64,000 nt of DNA from an uncultured Planctomycetota bacterium (GCA_963719315.1 CAVRBU010000002.1:1888001-1952000), one strand, 5' to 3'; positions 20,861 to 36,291 are shown, counted from the stretch's first letter. Notes: a model not told the origin generated them from the sequence alone. A program made the numbers and translations.

Positions 20861-21202
20861 CACACAACAACTCGCGCGAATTCCAAGAATATTGTCACAC
20901 CACCAATCACGCCCGACCTTGATTTACCGACGAGTGCACGCGCGCCGACGATCGGAACTCAGGACTTTTGACACCGTCGTGTGGGACCCCTACACATGGT
21001 ACAAAACTTAAATCGTTACGACGCAATAAGTTCGCCGCCGCGCTCCGCAATCGTGCTTATGCAAAACTCAAAGAGCCCCGAGCCCCACAACTTTTGTACG
21101 TCCGCCCCCATCAAACACCGCACAAAAGTCCCCACCGACACTTGACACCTGCTCCCCTCCGTCCCCTGTATCCTGTCTCCCGTCCCCTTTATACTCAACT
21201 CC

Positions 21203-22399
<1,197 letters not shown>

Positions 22400-22420
22400 G
22401 CATGGCATAGGAGGTTTTAT

Positions 22421-23796
22421 ATGCCGAAGATTTCAATTCTGCTTCTCGTCTCCGCCGTCACTCTCGCCCGCATCCCAGCCGCAGTTTGCGCTTTGCCAAA
22501 AGTGGTTGAGACGCACCCTGAAAACGGCGCCGTCAACGTCGACCCGGCAACGAAAGAAATTAGAGTCAAATTCGACCAGCCGATGGCGAAGGGTATGTCG
22601 GTCGTGGGTGGCGGAGAAAAATTCCCCGAGATCGTAGGAAAGCCAACTTGGGCGAATAACCGCACGATCACGATACGTGTAAAACTGCAGCCGAATCATG
22701 ACTATTGGCTCAGCATCAACAACGCCCGGTTCCAAAACTTCACGAACGCGGGCGGCGAGGCTGCGACGCCATACCCCATTCAGTTCAGAACGGGCGGCGC
22801 CGGAGCCGCAAAACATTCCTCGGCAACCGGAAGCGAAGCAGCGGAAAACGCTGACGCCACAGCCAATCGTCGCGCGTTCGAGCAATTGCAAACCGCGGTT
22901 CGAGATTATTACTCCTATCGCGACAGGCTTCCGATCGATTGGAACAAGTTGTTTAAATCTGCCGATGCGTCACTCATCGCGGCGAAGTCACCCGACGAGT
23001 TCGCTCGGTTGGCAGCGACGATGCTAGCCCAGGCAAAAGATAAGCACATCTGGCTGCAGATCGGCGATGAAACGGTTCCGACGTACGTAAACCCTTCGGT
23101 CGTAAATGCAAATTACAAGCTTTTGCGTGATTTTGTGCCCCAATTCAAGCCGCAGGGCCGGGCATCGCTAGCGGTCGCTGGAACGACGGAATCGGCTATA
23201 TCGGCATCGCAAGTTGGGATAAAGAGAAATTGGGTGATGGTACGGAACTACTCGAGGTGTTCAAAGGCCTTTCGGATACGAAGGCCCTTGTTATCGACGT
23301 TCGTGCCAATGGCGGCGGCGCCGAACCGCTGGCCCAGCGGTTTGCAGGCTGCTTCGTAAGCGAGCCGCGCCTTTACGCCAAAGACGTGCATCGCGACGTG
23401 AGTCAGCCGGGCGGCTTCACAAAGCCGAACGAACGTTGGCTCAAGCCAACCGCAGACTTTCCCGGCTACACCGGTCGCGTCGCAGTCCTAAGCGGACCGG
23501 CTGTGATGAGCAGCAACGAGTCGTTTCTCTTGATGATGAAGCAAGCGCCTGACGCGGTAATCGTTGGCGCACGGTCGCAGGGTAGTTCCGGGAATCCGAA
23601 GCCGCACGACCTTGGCAATGGCGTCACGGTCTTCCTGCCCTCATGGAAGGATATGACTGTCGACGGGCATGAATTGGAAGGAGTGGGCGTGCCGCCGGAC
23701 ATCGAAGTCAATGCGACAGCTAACGATTTTAGGGAATCCGACCCGGTACTTACGGCGGCTCTCGAGCACTTGCGCAAGGGCCGTCAGCAGCCGTGA
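22421..23796 (+). CDS. Secreted S41-family peptidase with N-terminal Ig-like domain (one frameshift near 23160)
   Basis: PKVVETHPENGA Ig-like domain; IDVRANGGG, MSSNESF, SQGSSG, EGVGVPPD; adding one G near 23160 joins the two ORFs. Confidence 0.85.
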
Positions 23797-23822
23797 ACCA
23801 CGACGTTTGCTTACTATCGCCA

Positions 23823-24218
23823 CTAACGAGTCCTGCCCGCCAGCAGCGAAATGATCTCAATCGCCGCAAACACTTTATGCGGCGGGTGATTCGGCTCGCC
23901 GCGCAAAGAATGCCACACGGTTTGAGCGCGTCGCATGTATTGAACGCGCGATTCTTCCAGCGCGGTGTCGCCCAACTCATCCAACGTTGTGTGCCAGGCG
24001 TCGGCCGCGCCGTCGAGCGCGACGGGGTCGCCATCGATCGCGGCAAACATCAAATCGTCGAGCCATTCGAGTCGCGTCGTGGCGTCGATCTCTGCTTCCG
24101 CGTAATACGGCCGGTGCGGGTGCGGCCCTTCGAACGCTTCGCCATGGTTCTTGGGCGAAGAGTTCGAGGTCGGCTGCCGCCAACCTGCATCGACACGTTC
24201 ATGTTCGTTTCGAAGCAT
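23823..24218 (-). CDS. Small alpha-helical hypothetical protein, last gene of the GTPase operon
   Basis: SD ggaagg; ATG 4 nt after the GTPase stop; RLEWLDDLMFAAIDGD..LEESRVQYMRRA..AAIEIISLL. Confidence 0.75.
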   Translation of the reverse strand: MLRNEHERVDAGWRQPTSNSSPKNHGEAFEGPHPHRPYYAEAEIDATTRLEWLDDLMFAAIDGDPVALDGAADAWHTTLDELGDTALEESRVQYMRRAQTVWHSLRGEPNHPPHKVFAAIEIISLLAGRTR

Positions 24219-24222
24219 CGGG

Positions 24223-25188
24223 TTACCTTCCGCATAATCGAGCTGCCATGCCCGGCCTGTTCCAGTTGACATCGAGTTCGTTCATCAACCAACCAAACGG
24301 CTCGATGATGCCGTGCGGTTCGATCCGCAGCGGCACCGGTTGCCGGCGACCGTAACTGTCGCGGAAGGCGGTCGCACCGGAAACCGAGCAAGCGAACACG
24401 TCGTGCCGCGGGAACCGCGAGCGGCAATCCGACCATACCGCGGTCGCATGCGCTTCGGCGAACTCGCGCGGGTTCTCGTCCAGCCCGTCGCACTTGTCGC
24501 TCTTCGTCAGCACGAGTGCGAGCGGGCGGCGCTCTGGTCCGCGCTGCCGCCAAGTGTGCGACCGTTCATCGCGCAGGTCGGCGATGAGCGAGAGCAGCTT
24601 GAGCGTCAGGAAGTCCTGCGAATGGTCGCCGGCTTGCAGTTTTTCCGCGTCGGCCAGCACCATCACCCCCGCGCACTTTGCCAGCAAGGCGCGAATGGCC
24701 GGATACCGATTGGCGCGTTCCGTTTCGGTCGCCAGCGCTTCGCCCGAAAGGTCTGGAATTACCAGTTCCAATGGCCTCCGTCGCCGCCGGCAATTGAATT
24801 GACAATGCACCCAGTGCCAATGTTCGGGGGTGGTCACTGTCTTTTCCGGAAACCAGCCCGTGGCCAGTGCCGTGGTTGTCGTTTGTTGCAGCGAAATCGA
24901 CATCGGCCCTCGAGCCGTCGAGCGCAGCAACCCCACGTGCCGGGTCAGGAGGTCCATCAGCAGCCCGAGATACACGGTCTTGCCGGCGCCACTGGCGCCG
25001 ATGATCGCGATCAGGTGTGGATGCTTCTTTACCGAATGCACATTGTGTGCAAGCGACATCGGAGCTTGACAATTGCGGCAGCGCACTGCCGAGTAGCAGT
25101 TTTCATGATCGCATACCAAGCATGCGATGGGAGCCGCCTGCTCGGCGAGCAAGTACGTCTCCAGTGGCATCTGAACAAGTTGGGTCAT
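24223..25188 (-). CDS. TRAFAC-class GTPase with N-terminal Zn ribbon
   Basis: CLVC..CRNC; G1 GASGAGKT, G2 EKT, G3 DLSGE, G4 LTKSD, G5 SVSG. Confidence 0.85.
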   Translation of the reverse strand: MTQLVQMPLETYLLAEQAAPIACLVCDHENCYSAVRCRNCQAPMSLAHNVHSVKKHPHLIAIIGASGAGKTVYLGLLMDLLTRHVGLLRSTARGPMSISLQQTTTTALATGWFPEKTVTTPEHWHWVHCQFNCRRRRRPLELVIPDLSGEALATETERANRYPAIRALLAKCAGVMVLADAEKLQAGDHSQDFLTLKLLSLIADLRDERSHTWRQRGPERRPLALVLTKSDKCDGLDENPREFAEAHATAVWSDCRSRFPRHDVFACSVSGATAFRDSYGRRQPVPLRIEPHGIIEPFGWLMNELDVNWNRPGMAARLCGR

Positions 25189-25286
25189 CGTGATTTTCCG
25201 CGGAGCTTGCTCCGCGCTCTACTGGAAGTTAGCGGCGCACGTTGCCGAGCGCCTCTTCAACACTCATCCGGCCAATCGTGCATATC

Positions 25287-26574
25287 TCAACAGGCCATTA
25301 CGGCGTTTTCCGCCGTGGACTCTTCGGCAACCGGCTCGTCGGCCGCCTGCTCTGGTTCGTCACTCTTGGCTTCCAGATCGCTCATCGGCAGCGCCAGGCG
25401 AAATCCGATATTTCGCCGCCGCGAGAGCGACTGCTCGCCACTTTGAAAGTGACACGTGGCCTGGTTTTCAAAATACGTATCGTACGCGCCTCCGCGAATG
25501 CTCATGACCGATTCGGAAACGTGCAGCGATGTGTCGCTCAACTCGCACAGGGGAGTCGACGTCCATTCCCACACGTTGCCGATTAGTTGATGAATTCCGC
25601 CCACGCTCGTGCCGCCCGGGTACTCGTCCACTCCCACGGGCCCGCTTTGTCCCGCACCGTACAAATGTGCCCGGCGAACATCGAACGACTCGCCCCAAGG
25701 GTAACGCCGCTGTGCGATCCGGCCCGGCGCCGATTCCACGGGCCACGCGCCGGCCTTTGTCCACTCGGCATCTGACGGAAGCCGCTTCCCCACCCACCGC
25801 GCGTATGCCCACGCTTCGAACCAACTGATTCCCACGACGGGCAGCCGACCTTCGGTGCTAGAATACCGGCCATCCGTCCAATATCGCGGCCCAGGCTCAC
25901 CGCTCTGGTCGACGAAGTCGAGCAGAGCCGGCAGTGCTTCCTCGTCCCAGAATTCGAGTTGCTCGTAGCCGCCCGCATCGACAAACCGCTGAAATTCTTC
26001 ATTCGTCACGCAAAAGCGATCCAGATACACCGGCTCGACGCCGACGAGATTGCGCTGGATCAGCTTCGGATCCGTATCCGTTGGACCGCAGGCCGAGCGC
26101 GATTGCTCGGCCAATTGCCCCAGCAGCACGCGGCCCGCTGGCACGAGGGCCATGCTCTCATCGAGCTGCCGGATGGCCCGCACCACGTCCACCTGCGTGA
26201 GATGCTGTTTCGTTTCGGGGCGCAGAAGGAGCGCGTAACGCCTCGTCGCCAGGAGGTCGTTAACCAGTGCATCCGTACTGCGCGGCGAGGTATTCTTCTG
26301 CAATCGCTCTAGCACGGGTGGACGTTCACTGGGGCCCTGTCCTTCCCCGGCCGCGCCCGCGCTGCGACGTTCTTTTCGTCGCTTCTCGGGCGATTGCATC
26401 GGCGTCGCTCCGCCGATTTGCCGTAGCACGAGGCACAGCGCGTACAGCGCTGCCGCCCAGAAGGCTTACGCTCTGCCACAGCAAGCCGCACACGAATACC
26501 GTGGCCGCCACAGCCGCGCTCAGCCACTGCGACCGACCGCGAATCCCGTCGATAATCTTTCGTCGATTGCTCAT
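25287..26574 (-). CDS. Membrane-anchored FGE-sulfatase/SUMF1-fold protein (frameshift near 26455)
   Basis: VTNEEF, LPVVGISW, RLPSDAEW, RRYPWG, GNVWEW, RGGAY, NIGFR; upstream ORF 26574 joins by a 1-nt shift and gives two TM helices. Confidence 0.85.
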
Positions 26575-26581
26575 CGCATGC

Positions 26582-27310
26582 CTACTTAGATTTGTTGGCC
26601 GTCTGGCGATCGCTCGCCCGTTGCTGCCGAAGTTTGTCGAACTGCTGGAAAATCGAGCCCAGCACTGGATTTTCTCGTGGGATTGCGTGAGCGTTCCCGC
26701 CCGCCGTTTGTTGCAAAGGACCCTTCGTCGCGGCCTGGGCTTGCCCCGTGACCGCCGACTGCTCCGCCGTCGGCGCTTCGCATTCCCCCACCACTGGAGT
26801 TTCCACCTGACGTTGGAGAAGCTCGTCGGTGCGGTTCAGCAAACTCGCGGTGAGTTCGCTGATCTTGTCCCGAGCAGCATTCAACTCAGCCGTCAACGTG
26901 GCCGAAGCCTCGGATTGGCCACTTTCGACAGCCGCCCGGTCGCGCTCCCATTGGTTGCGCTCCGAACGGAGTTCGTCTCGCTCTTGCTCAATTGCTCCGC
27001 GGCCGGCCCGTAATTCGTTCCACGCCAACTCCAATTGCTCCTTCGACGCTTGAATCTCTCCTCGCTCGCGTTGAAACTGTTCGACCATCGACTGCGCGTC
27101 GCCGTGACCGTTTTCGAACTGCTCCTTGGCGGAGCGCAATTCCTCGCGCTCCCGGGCCAGTTGCTGTTGCCATTCGTCGAGGTGCGATTGATACGCAGTA
27201 AGCGCCGTCAGCGACTCGCTGAGTTGAGAGTCAATAACGTCGCGTTCCGCATTCCACGCTCGAAACGTGTCGCGTAGCGCTTGACCAGTCGTGGTAAGAG
27301 TTGCCGACAT
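26582..27310 (-). CDS. Coiled-coil protein, first gene of the GTPase operon
   Basis: E/Q/R-rich heptads; C-terminal NPVLGSIFQQFDKLRQQ; 7 nt to the next ATG. Confidence 0.8.
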   Translation of the reverse strand: MSATLTTTGQALRDTFRAWNAERDVIDSQLSESLTALTAYQSHLDEWQQQLAREREELRSAKEQFENGHGDAQSMVEQFQRERGEIQASKEQLELAWNELRAGRGAIEQERDELRSERNQWERDRAAVESGQSEASATLTAELNAARDKISELTASLLNRTDELLQRQVETPVVGECEAPTAEQSAVTGQAQAATKGPLQQTAGGNAHAIPRENPVLGSIFQQFDKLRQQRASDRQTANKSK

Positions 27311-27602
27311 AGCCGTAGAGTGCACGCGGAGAGCGGCAGTCGCCGCCGCGCGAACCCATTCGTCTTCTGCCCGTCAGAAAAGTGAGATGAAAAGCTTGGG
27401 ACGAGTGTGGTCCGCCAGCCGTGCCGGCGAAGCGCACCCGCCATTGAAAAGGTAGGTCAGGTTTCGCTAGGTCGCAAATCTTCGGCGGGAGAGAGCCGGC
27501 AGCCCGACTACGATCCACACAATCGTTACGCGCGGAGCAAGGGAATGAACGAATTCGCCAAAGCTTTCGACCCCGTCCCCCGCACCCCTTCCGCTCGCTC
27601 TC

Positions 27603-28997
<1,395 letters not shown>

Positions 28998-29143
28998 AGT
29001 GGTAGCCTATGAATTTCGTCCCAGTGCGCCTACGCGGCGTTCTCTGGCCCCGCTATCCAGCGCATTTTTGCGCCAGGACGCGTTCTTGGTATGCTATCCC
29101 AAGAGAAGCTTTAAGTTTTGCGGGGAGGCTCGGCGTGGCAAAG

Positions 29144-29602
29144 ATGACAATTAATCATCGCCATTTTAGTCTCAGGACACTGCTCTCTGTGATGACCGGT
29201 TTCTCGTTCATCGGTCTGGTCGTGCAGTGGTTTATTTCGAGCGGTGCTGGCGATCGGCCATTGAATTTGTCTTTGTCTGTTATTCCCTGGGCCCTCGGTT
29301 CCTTCACTGGTATTGCTATCGCGGCCCGTCGTCACCGAAGCACGCTCTTTGGCGCTATGGTTGGCGGAACGCTCGGTGCGCTCATCTGCCCTGGTCTGAT
29401 TATCGTGTTTCTCTATCTCAACGGGATGAACGGCGTGCGTAGCTTGAACGGATTATGGTTGCAATTAGCGTTTGCTGCCTGTGGCGGCGGTTTGCTCGCG
29501 GCATTTGTCGGAATACCAAGGGAAGGCATAACCATTCGGCGGAACAGAGGCAACATCGAACTATTGGAAGGCAGGCCGCCAAAACAGCGGTATTCTAATT
29601 AA
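29144..29602 (+). CDS. Multi-pass membrane protein, unknown function
   Basis: FSLRTLL leader and four hydrophobic segments; start uncertain. Confidence 0.6.
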   Translation: MTINHRHFSLRTLLSVMTGFSFIGLVVQWFISSGAGDRPLNLSLSVIPWALGSFTGIAIAARRHRSTLFGAMVGGTLGALICPGLIIVFLYLNGMNGVRSLNGLWLQLAFAACGGGLLAAFVGIPREGITIRRNRGNIELLEGRPPKQRYSN

Positions 29603-29758
29603 GACGCTTTTCAGCACTTGCCGAAACGCCCCCATTTGCGGCACAATAATGGATTCCCCTGCCCGTAGGTAGGTCCGCCGAGCCGAGGCGGACAATTGAA
29701 TACATCGCTAGCGCGTGGGGAGTGCCACTCGGCTCGCGGCACCCACTTGGAGTAACTT

Positions 29759-30214
29759 GTGGCAGTCTGTATTCGAATGAAAAAAATGGGCCGGGCCCAT
29801 CAAGCGTTTTTCCGCATTTGTGCGGTTGACAAGCGTGCGCCGCGGGATGGTCGCGTGTTGGAAGAGTTGGGCACGTACGACCCGCGAGTGCCGGAAACCG
29901 ATGCCCGCGCGATCCTCAAATCGGAGCGCGTCGATTATTGGTTGGGCGTCGGAGCCCTGCCATCCGACAACGTCGCCGTATTGATCAAGAAGTACGGCAC
30001 GAACGGCACCCATGCCGCCGCGCAAAAGTCGGCCCTCGAGAAGCTCGCGCAGCCGAAACGCGTGCCCGATGCGGGCGTGCCAGCCAGCTTGCCCAAGCCA
30101 AAGAAGACCAAGCAGGAGATTGCTGCTGAAGCTGCGGCCGCCGCGGAGGCTGCCGAACCAAAGACAGAAGAAGCGCCGGCCGAAGTTGTCGAAGCAACCC
30201 CGGCGGAAGCATGA
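29759..30214 (+). CDS. rpsP: 30S ribosomal protein S16 with C-terminal extension
   Basis: IRMKKMGR, RAPRDGRVLEELGTYDP, YWLGVGALPSD. Confidence 0.95.
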   Translation: MAVCIRMKKMGRAHQAFFRICAVDKRAPRDGRVLEELGTYDPRVPETDARAILKSERVDYWLGVGALPSDNVAVLIKKYGTNGTHAAAQKSALEKLAQPKRVPDAGVPASLPKPKKTKQEIAAEAAAAAEAAEPKTEEAPAEVVEATPAEA

Positions 30215-30224
30215 TGATCGAATG

Positions 30225-30287
30225 GTAGCTGAATTTCGCAAGAATTCAGTTGCCCAAACTGACCTGAACTCTTGCGAGTTCAGCTAC
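30225..30287. repeat. GTAG-type REP doublet
   Basis: gtagctgaatttcgcaagaattcag ... ctgaactcttgcgagttcagctac; second copy at 34538-34588. Confidence 0.8.
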
Positions 30288-30288
30288 G

Positions 30289-31002
30289 ATGCGATTCGAC
30301 GTTCTGACCCTGTTCCCGGAAATGTTTTCCGGCTATTTAGGGCAGAGCTTGCTCAAACGAGCGGTGGACGCCGGCATCGTCGATGTGCAGGTGCACAACA
30401 TTCGCGATTGGGCACAGGGGAAACATCGGCAGGTCGACGACCGTCCATTCGGCGGCGGGCCAGGTATGGTCCTACGGCCGGAACCGGTCGTCGAAAGCGT
30501 AGAGGCTGTGCGAGGGCAGGGGAGCGAGCCGGGCCATTTGGTCCTGCTCACGCCGCAAGGCCGGCGACTCGACCAGCGAATTGCCGAGGAGTTGGCCAGC
30601 CACAAGCGGATGGTAATGATTTGCGGTAGGTACGAAGGCATCGATCAGCGGGCCATCGACCTGCTGCAACCGGACGAAATTTCGATCGGCGACTATATTT
30701 TGGGCGGCGGCGAAGTCGCCGCGATGGTGGTGGTGGATGCGGTCGTCCGGCTCGTGCCGGGAGTGTTGGGAGACGAGGAGAGCAACAAACAAGATTCATT
30801 TTCTGGCAACCCACCGCTGCTGGAGTTCCCCCAATACACGCGGCCCCGCGAATACAGAGGATTAACCGTGCCCGAAGTGCTGATGTCCGGCAATCACCCG
30901 GACATCGCCCGTTGGCGCGAACAACAAAAACAAGACCGAACTCGCGAACGCCGCGCGGATCTGCTGGGAGATGACGCGGCCGAGCGAAGATCGGACGTGT
31001 AA
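30289..31002 (+). CDS. trmD: tRNA (guanine37-N1)-methyltransferase
   Basis: VDDRPFGGGPGMV, CGRYEGID, SIGDYILGGGE, PQYTRP. Confidence 0.97.
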   Translation: MRFDVLTLFPEMFSGYLGQSLLKRAVDAGIVDVQVHNIRDWAQGKHRQVDDRPFGGGPGMVLRPEPVVESVEAVRGQGSEPGHLVLLTPQGRRLDQRIAEELASHKRMVMICGRYEGIDQRAIDLLQPDEISIGDYILGGGEVAAMVVVDAVVRLVPGVLGDEESNKQDSFSGNPPLLEFPQYTRPREYRGLTVPEVLMSGNHPDIARWREQQKQDRTRERRADLLGDDAAERRSDV

Positions 31003-31032
31003 ATCAGCCAAATCGCAATAAGGAAATAATCT

Positions 31033-31398
31033 ATGAGCCAACAAATCCTCGACATGGTCGAAAAGTCGAGTCTCAAATCGGAAGTCCCGCAGTTCGCCGT
31101 CGGCGACACGGTCGATGTCCATACGAAGATTTTGGAAGGCGACAAAGAGCGCATCCAGATTTTCACGGGCGTCGTGATCGCCCGCAGCGGCTCGGGCAGC
31201 CGCGAGATGTTCACCGTTCGCCGAATCGTGGCGAATGAAGGCGTTGAGCGCAAGTTTCCGCTGCACTCGCCCAAGATCGAAAAGGTCGAAGTAGTTCGTA
31301 GCGGCGTGGTGCGCCGCGCGAAGTTGTACTTCCTCCGCGATCGTGTGGGTAAGGCAGTGCGACTCAAAGAACGCCGTCGCGATGGTAAGAGTGAGTGA
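31033..31398 (+). CDS. rplS: 50S ribosomal protein L19
   Basis: [28 protein letters not shown]. Confidence 0.97.
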   Translation: MSQQILDMVEKSSLKSEVPQFAVGDTVDVHTKILEGDKERIQIFTGVVIARSGSGSREMFTVRRIVANEGVERKFPLHSPKIEKVEVVRSGVVRRAKLYFLRDRVGKAVRLKERRRDGKSE

Positions 31399-31400
31399 TT

Positions 31401-31556
31401 CAACAGAAGTCAACAGAGATATCAGAGGCGATAGAAAACTGAACTTTGACGTCGGCTCTCAGCAAAGCGAGAGTGCTCGCAGCGATTGCATCAATATTCC
31501 CTGAGAACTCTCCGTTTCCTCTGTTCTCTCCTGTTCACATTTCCTCCTGTTCAAAA
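31401..31556. repeat. Period 9-10 inverted repeat element (aacaga.../...tctgtt)
   Basis: aacagaagtc aacagagat atcagag ... ctctccgtttc ctctgttct ctcctgttc. Confidence 0.6.
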
Positions 31557-31988
31557 ATGTTTTGGGCGTCGCAATTGCGTGCTTGGCTTACTGAGCGCCT
31601 AACTAAGAAGAACTCGCTCGGCGATCGTGGCGAAGACGCGGCTGCACGTTATCTAAAGCGTGGCGGATTTCGCATCGTGGAGCGCGGCCACGACTCGCCG
31701 TTGGGCGAACTCGATATTATCGCGCTCGACGGCCGCACGGTCGTGTTCGTTGAGGTAAAAACGCGCTCGTCCTCAGACGCCGGTCACCCGACCGAAGCCA
31801 TTGACTCCTTCAAACAGCGTCGCATGACACAGGCCGCCCTGGCCTATCTTAAGTCGAAGCGCCTGCTGAACAACGCAGCCCGATTCGACGTCGTCGCCGT
31901 CACTTGGCCGGAAAATTCCCGCCGCCCGCACGTCGAGCATTATAGGAACGCCTTCGCGCCTACCGGCGCAGGCCAGTTCTTCAGCTAA
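31557..31988 (+). CDS. YraN/UPF0102 family protein
   Basis: LGDRGEDAAARYL, GELDIIA, VFVEVKTR, RFDVVAV. Confidence 0.9.
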   Translation: MFWASQLRAWLTERLTKKNSLGDRGEDAAARYLKRGGFRIVERGHDSPLGELDIIALDGRTVVFVEVKTRSSSDAGHPTEAIDSFKQRRMTQAALAYLKSKRLLNNAARFDVVAVTWPENSRRPHVEHYRNAFAPTGAGQFFS

Positions 31989-32028
31989 TCGCGGGGGATG
32001 ATTCCGCGCCGGCTGCCCGCTAGAATGA

Positions 32029-33777
<1,749 letters not shown>

Positions 33778-33798
33778 GTCGAATCCAAATCTTTGCGG

Positions 33799-34101
33799 AT
33801 GTATGTCGTGATCGATTTTTCTGTATCCGAATTTGAAACCACCATAAGGGATGCCGCGAGCAGCATTGGCAAGACTTTTGCTGAGCGAACGGCGATGTTT
33901 CAGGATCTGATGGAAGTCGTCGAGGTGCTGCAGAGCCACCTATCGCCCAAAGAGCGCGCTCGGCGATCGCGGATCGCGGAACTGCTGGATCCCCTCCCCA
34001 ATCCGTGGTGGAAGAATTTTCGTAAAGAAGCTTTGGCGGAATACCAAGCTAGCCAAACGGAAGAATTCGAGAAATCGATGAGCAAAGAAACACGATCTTG
34101 A
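33799..34101 (+). CDS. Hypothetical protein
   Basis: 100-aa ORF filling the pyrG-DUF1844 gap; LDPLPNPWWKNFR motif. Confidence 0.55.
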   Translation: MYVVIDFSVSEFETTIRDAASSIGKTFAERTAMFQDLMEVVEVLQSHLSPKERARRSRIAELLDPLPNPWWKNFRKEALAEYQASQTEEFEKSMSKETRS

Positions 34102-34103
34102 AA

Positions 34104-34541
34104 ATGCCCGACGACAAGAAAATCATCATCGACGAAGACTGGAAGGCGCAAGTTCAAGCCGAAAAGGAAGCTGCCGCCAAACATGCTGCGGACAAACCTG
34201 CGGGTGATGAGGTCGCCTCAGTTGGCGAGAACCAACCAGACGGTGCTCGATCGCACGCCGAACCGGATCCGGCGCTGCCGCCCGCTTCGTTCGAAATGCT
34301 GGTGACCACGCTCGCCACCGAAGCCCTCGTCGCACTTGGCCAAGTGCCGCATCCGGTAACCGGCAAAGCCGAGTTGCAACGCAACCACGCTCAATATCTG
34401 ATCGATACGCTCGACCTCCTGCGGCAGAAGTGCCAAGGAAATCTTACGCCGGCCGAGCAGGAACTCATCGAGAGCGTGCTGCATCAATTGCGAATGGTGT
34501 TCGTCGCGGTCGCAAATCAGCCGACCCCCACCACGACGTAG
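34104..34541 (+). CDS. DUF1844 family protein
   Basis: KIIIDEDWK, LPPASF..LGQVPHP..IDTLDLLRQKCQGNLTPAE..LHQLRMVFV. Confidence 0.85.
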   Translation: MPDDKKIIIDEDWKAQVQAEKEAAAKHAADKPAGDEVASVGENQPDGARSHAEPDPALPPASFEMLVTTLATEALVALGQVPHPVTGKAELQRNHAQYLIDTLDLLRQKCQGNLTPAEQELIESVLHQLRMVFVAVANQPTPTTT

Positions 34542-34588
34542 CTGGACTCGCAAGAGTTCAGTCGCTGAATTATTGCGAGTTCGGCTAC
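34538..34588. repeat. GTAG-type REP doublet that supplies the DUF1844 stop codon
   Basis: gtagctggactcgcaagagttcag..ctgaattattgcgagttcggctac. Confidence 0.75.
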
Positions 34589-34958
34589 TGCCTTCACAGA
34601 AAAATCACACCCAGCCGGTACGCCGTTGGCAAACTGTGCCAGCGAAACCGCGGTAAGGTCACTTGCACTCCCCTTCCGTTTGACGACGGCGGGTCTGTGC
34701 GGCATACGTGCCCGAACTGGGTGTGATTGCTCATCGTGATGCCGCCGTAGTATTTTCATCCGCGCCGGCAGACCAGCAAGCGACTTCGGCTTCGCGCGCA
34801 CAATTTTTCTCGAGTTTTCGTTCTAGCAGTGCTAGCACTAATTGATCTCACGAACGCGCGACCCAACAGTCGATGAAATGTACTGATCTTTTCGTTTGTA
34901 TAGACACAATCGTCGCCCTTTTCGAGCGATCCCGTGCTGATCCCGTGCCCGGGCTCGC

Positions 34959-36291
34959 ATGGCTACGCGCTCGACTTTGTGCCGAATCGAGTCGTCGCCG
35001 TCTCATCAGGCCGATTATCGCCCAGTGCCCCAGCGTACCTCGAACGACCGTCGCGTGGTAATAACCGGCATCGGTGTGATCACGTCGATCGGCCATTCTC
35101 GCGAGGCAGTCTGGCAAGCCATGCAACGCGGCGAATGCGGCGTACGGAAGCTGACTGGCATCCCCAGCATCCCCGATGGCTTGATGCTTGGCGCAACCGC
35201 CGATATCGAGTGCGAATTCCCCGGTCAGCTTAAAAACATCCCTTTTTGTCGCCAAACTGCCGCCGAGGCACTGGCCGACGCTCGCATCCACTTCGCCCGA
35301 GTCGACCGCGATCGTTTCGGCTGTTCGATCGGTGCCCACATGGGCGATACGGGCTACGTCGTGGAGCGATGCGGTCTCCAAGATTCGTTAGATCCCCCCG
35401 GCAAACCGCCCTGGTGGCGCCAGTGGTTTCCAAGCACGGCCTGTGCCACGGTTGCTCAGGATTACGACCTGCGCGGCCCGCGGCTCAGCAACTCCACGGC
35501 TTGCGCCAGCGGAAGCATCGCCATCTTAAAGGCCGTCCGCGCGATCCGCGACGACCAATGCGATCTGGCACTCGCCGGTAGTTCAGAAGCCATCCACCCG
35601 CTGTTCGCCGCCGGTTTCTACAACATGGGCGTGCTAGCAGAACACGCCGATCCAACCCAGGCCTGCCGCCCATTCGACGCCAACCGCAGCGGCTTTGTCA
35701 TGGGCGAAGGCGCCGCTTTGTTCGTGCTCGAACTACTGGAACATGCGCAAGACGCGGGGCCGCAATTTACGCCGAAGTGCTCGGCGGACGCATCTTGAGC
35801 GATGCCCGCCACGTCACAAGCCTCAACGCGAACAGCGACGCCCTCTGCGAGCTGATCCGCGGCACACTGAAGAATTCGCGCTCGCGCCGAGCGACGTCAC
35901 GTACGTGAACGCCCACGGCACCGGCACCAAACAGAACGATCTGCTCGAAAGTCGCGGCATCCGCTCCGCGTTCGGCCGCGCTGCGAATTCGGTGTGTGTT
36001 AGCGCCAATAAAGCCATGCTCGGCCACTTGGTGAACGCCTCGGGTAGCGTCGAGCTGGCGATTACTGCCCTGGCCCTCCGCGATGGTTTCGCGCCCCCGA
36101 CGCTCAATCTCACCCACCCCGACCCCGAGTGTGACCTCGATTGCGTCCCGCTCGTCGGCCGCATGCAGCCGCTGGAGCACGCGCTCAAACTTTCAATCGC
36201 CTTCGGCGGCCACCTCGCTGCTGTCGCCCTCCGCCGCTGGACCGGCCGCGACGCCTGCCAGGCCCGCATTCTGCATCGCATGGCCGCTTAG
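34959..36291 (+). CDS. Beta-ketoacyl-ACP synthase (FabF-like), two frameshifts near 35750 and 35878
   Basis: RRVVITGIG, STACASG (catalytic Cys), RPFDANRSGFVMGEG, NAHGTGT, LGHL. Confidence 0.88.

Noticed and set aside
26326..26574. Independent 82-aa gene in the GTPase operon
   Set aside because: Better explained as the frameshifted TM N-terminus of the FGE-fold gene, since the hydrophobic stretch continues in the other frame (AAALYALCLVL)
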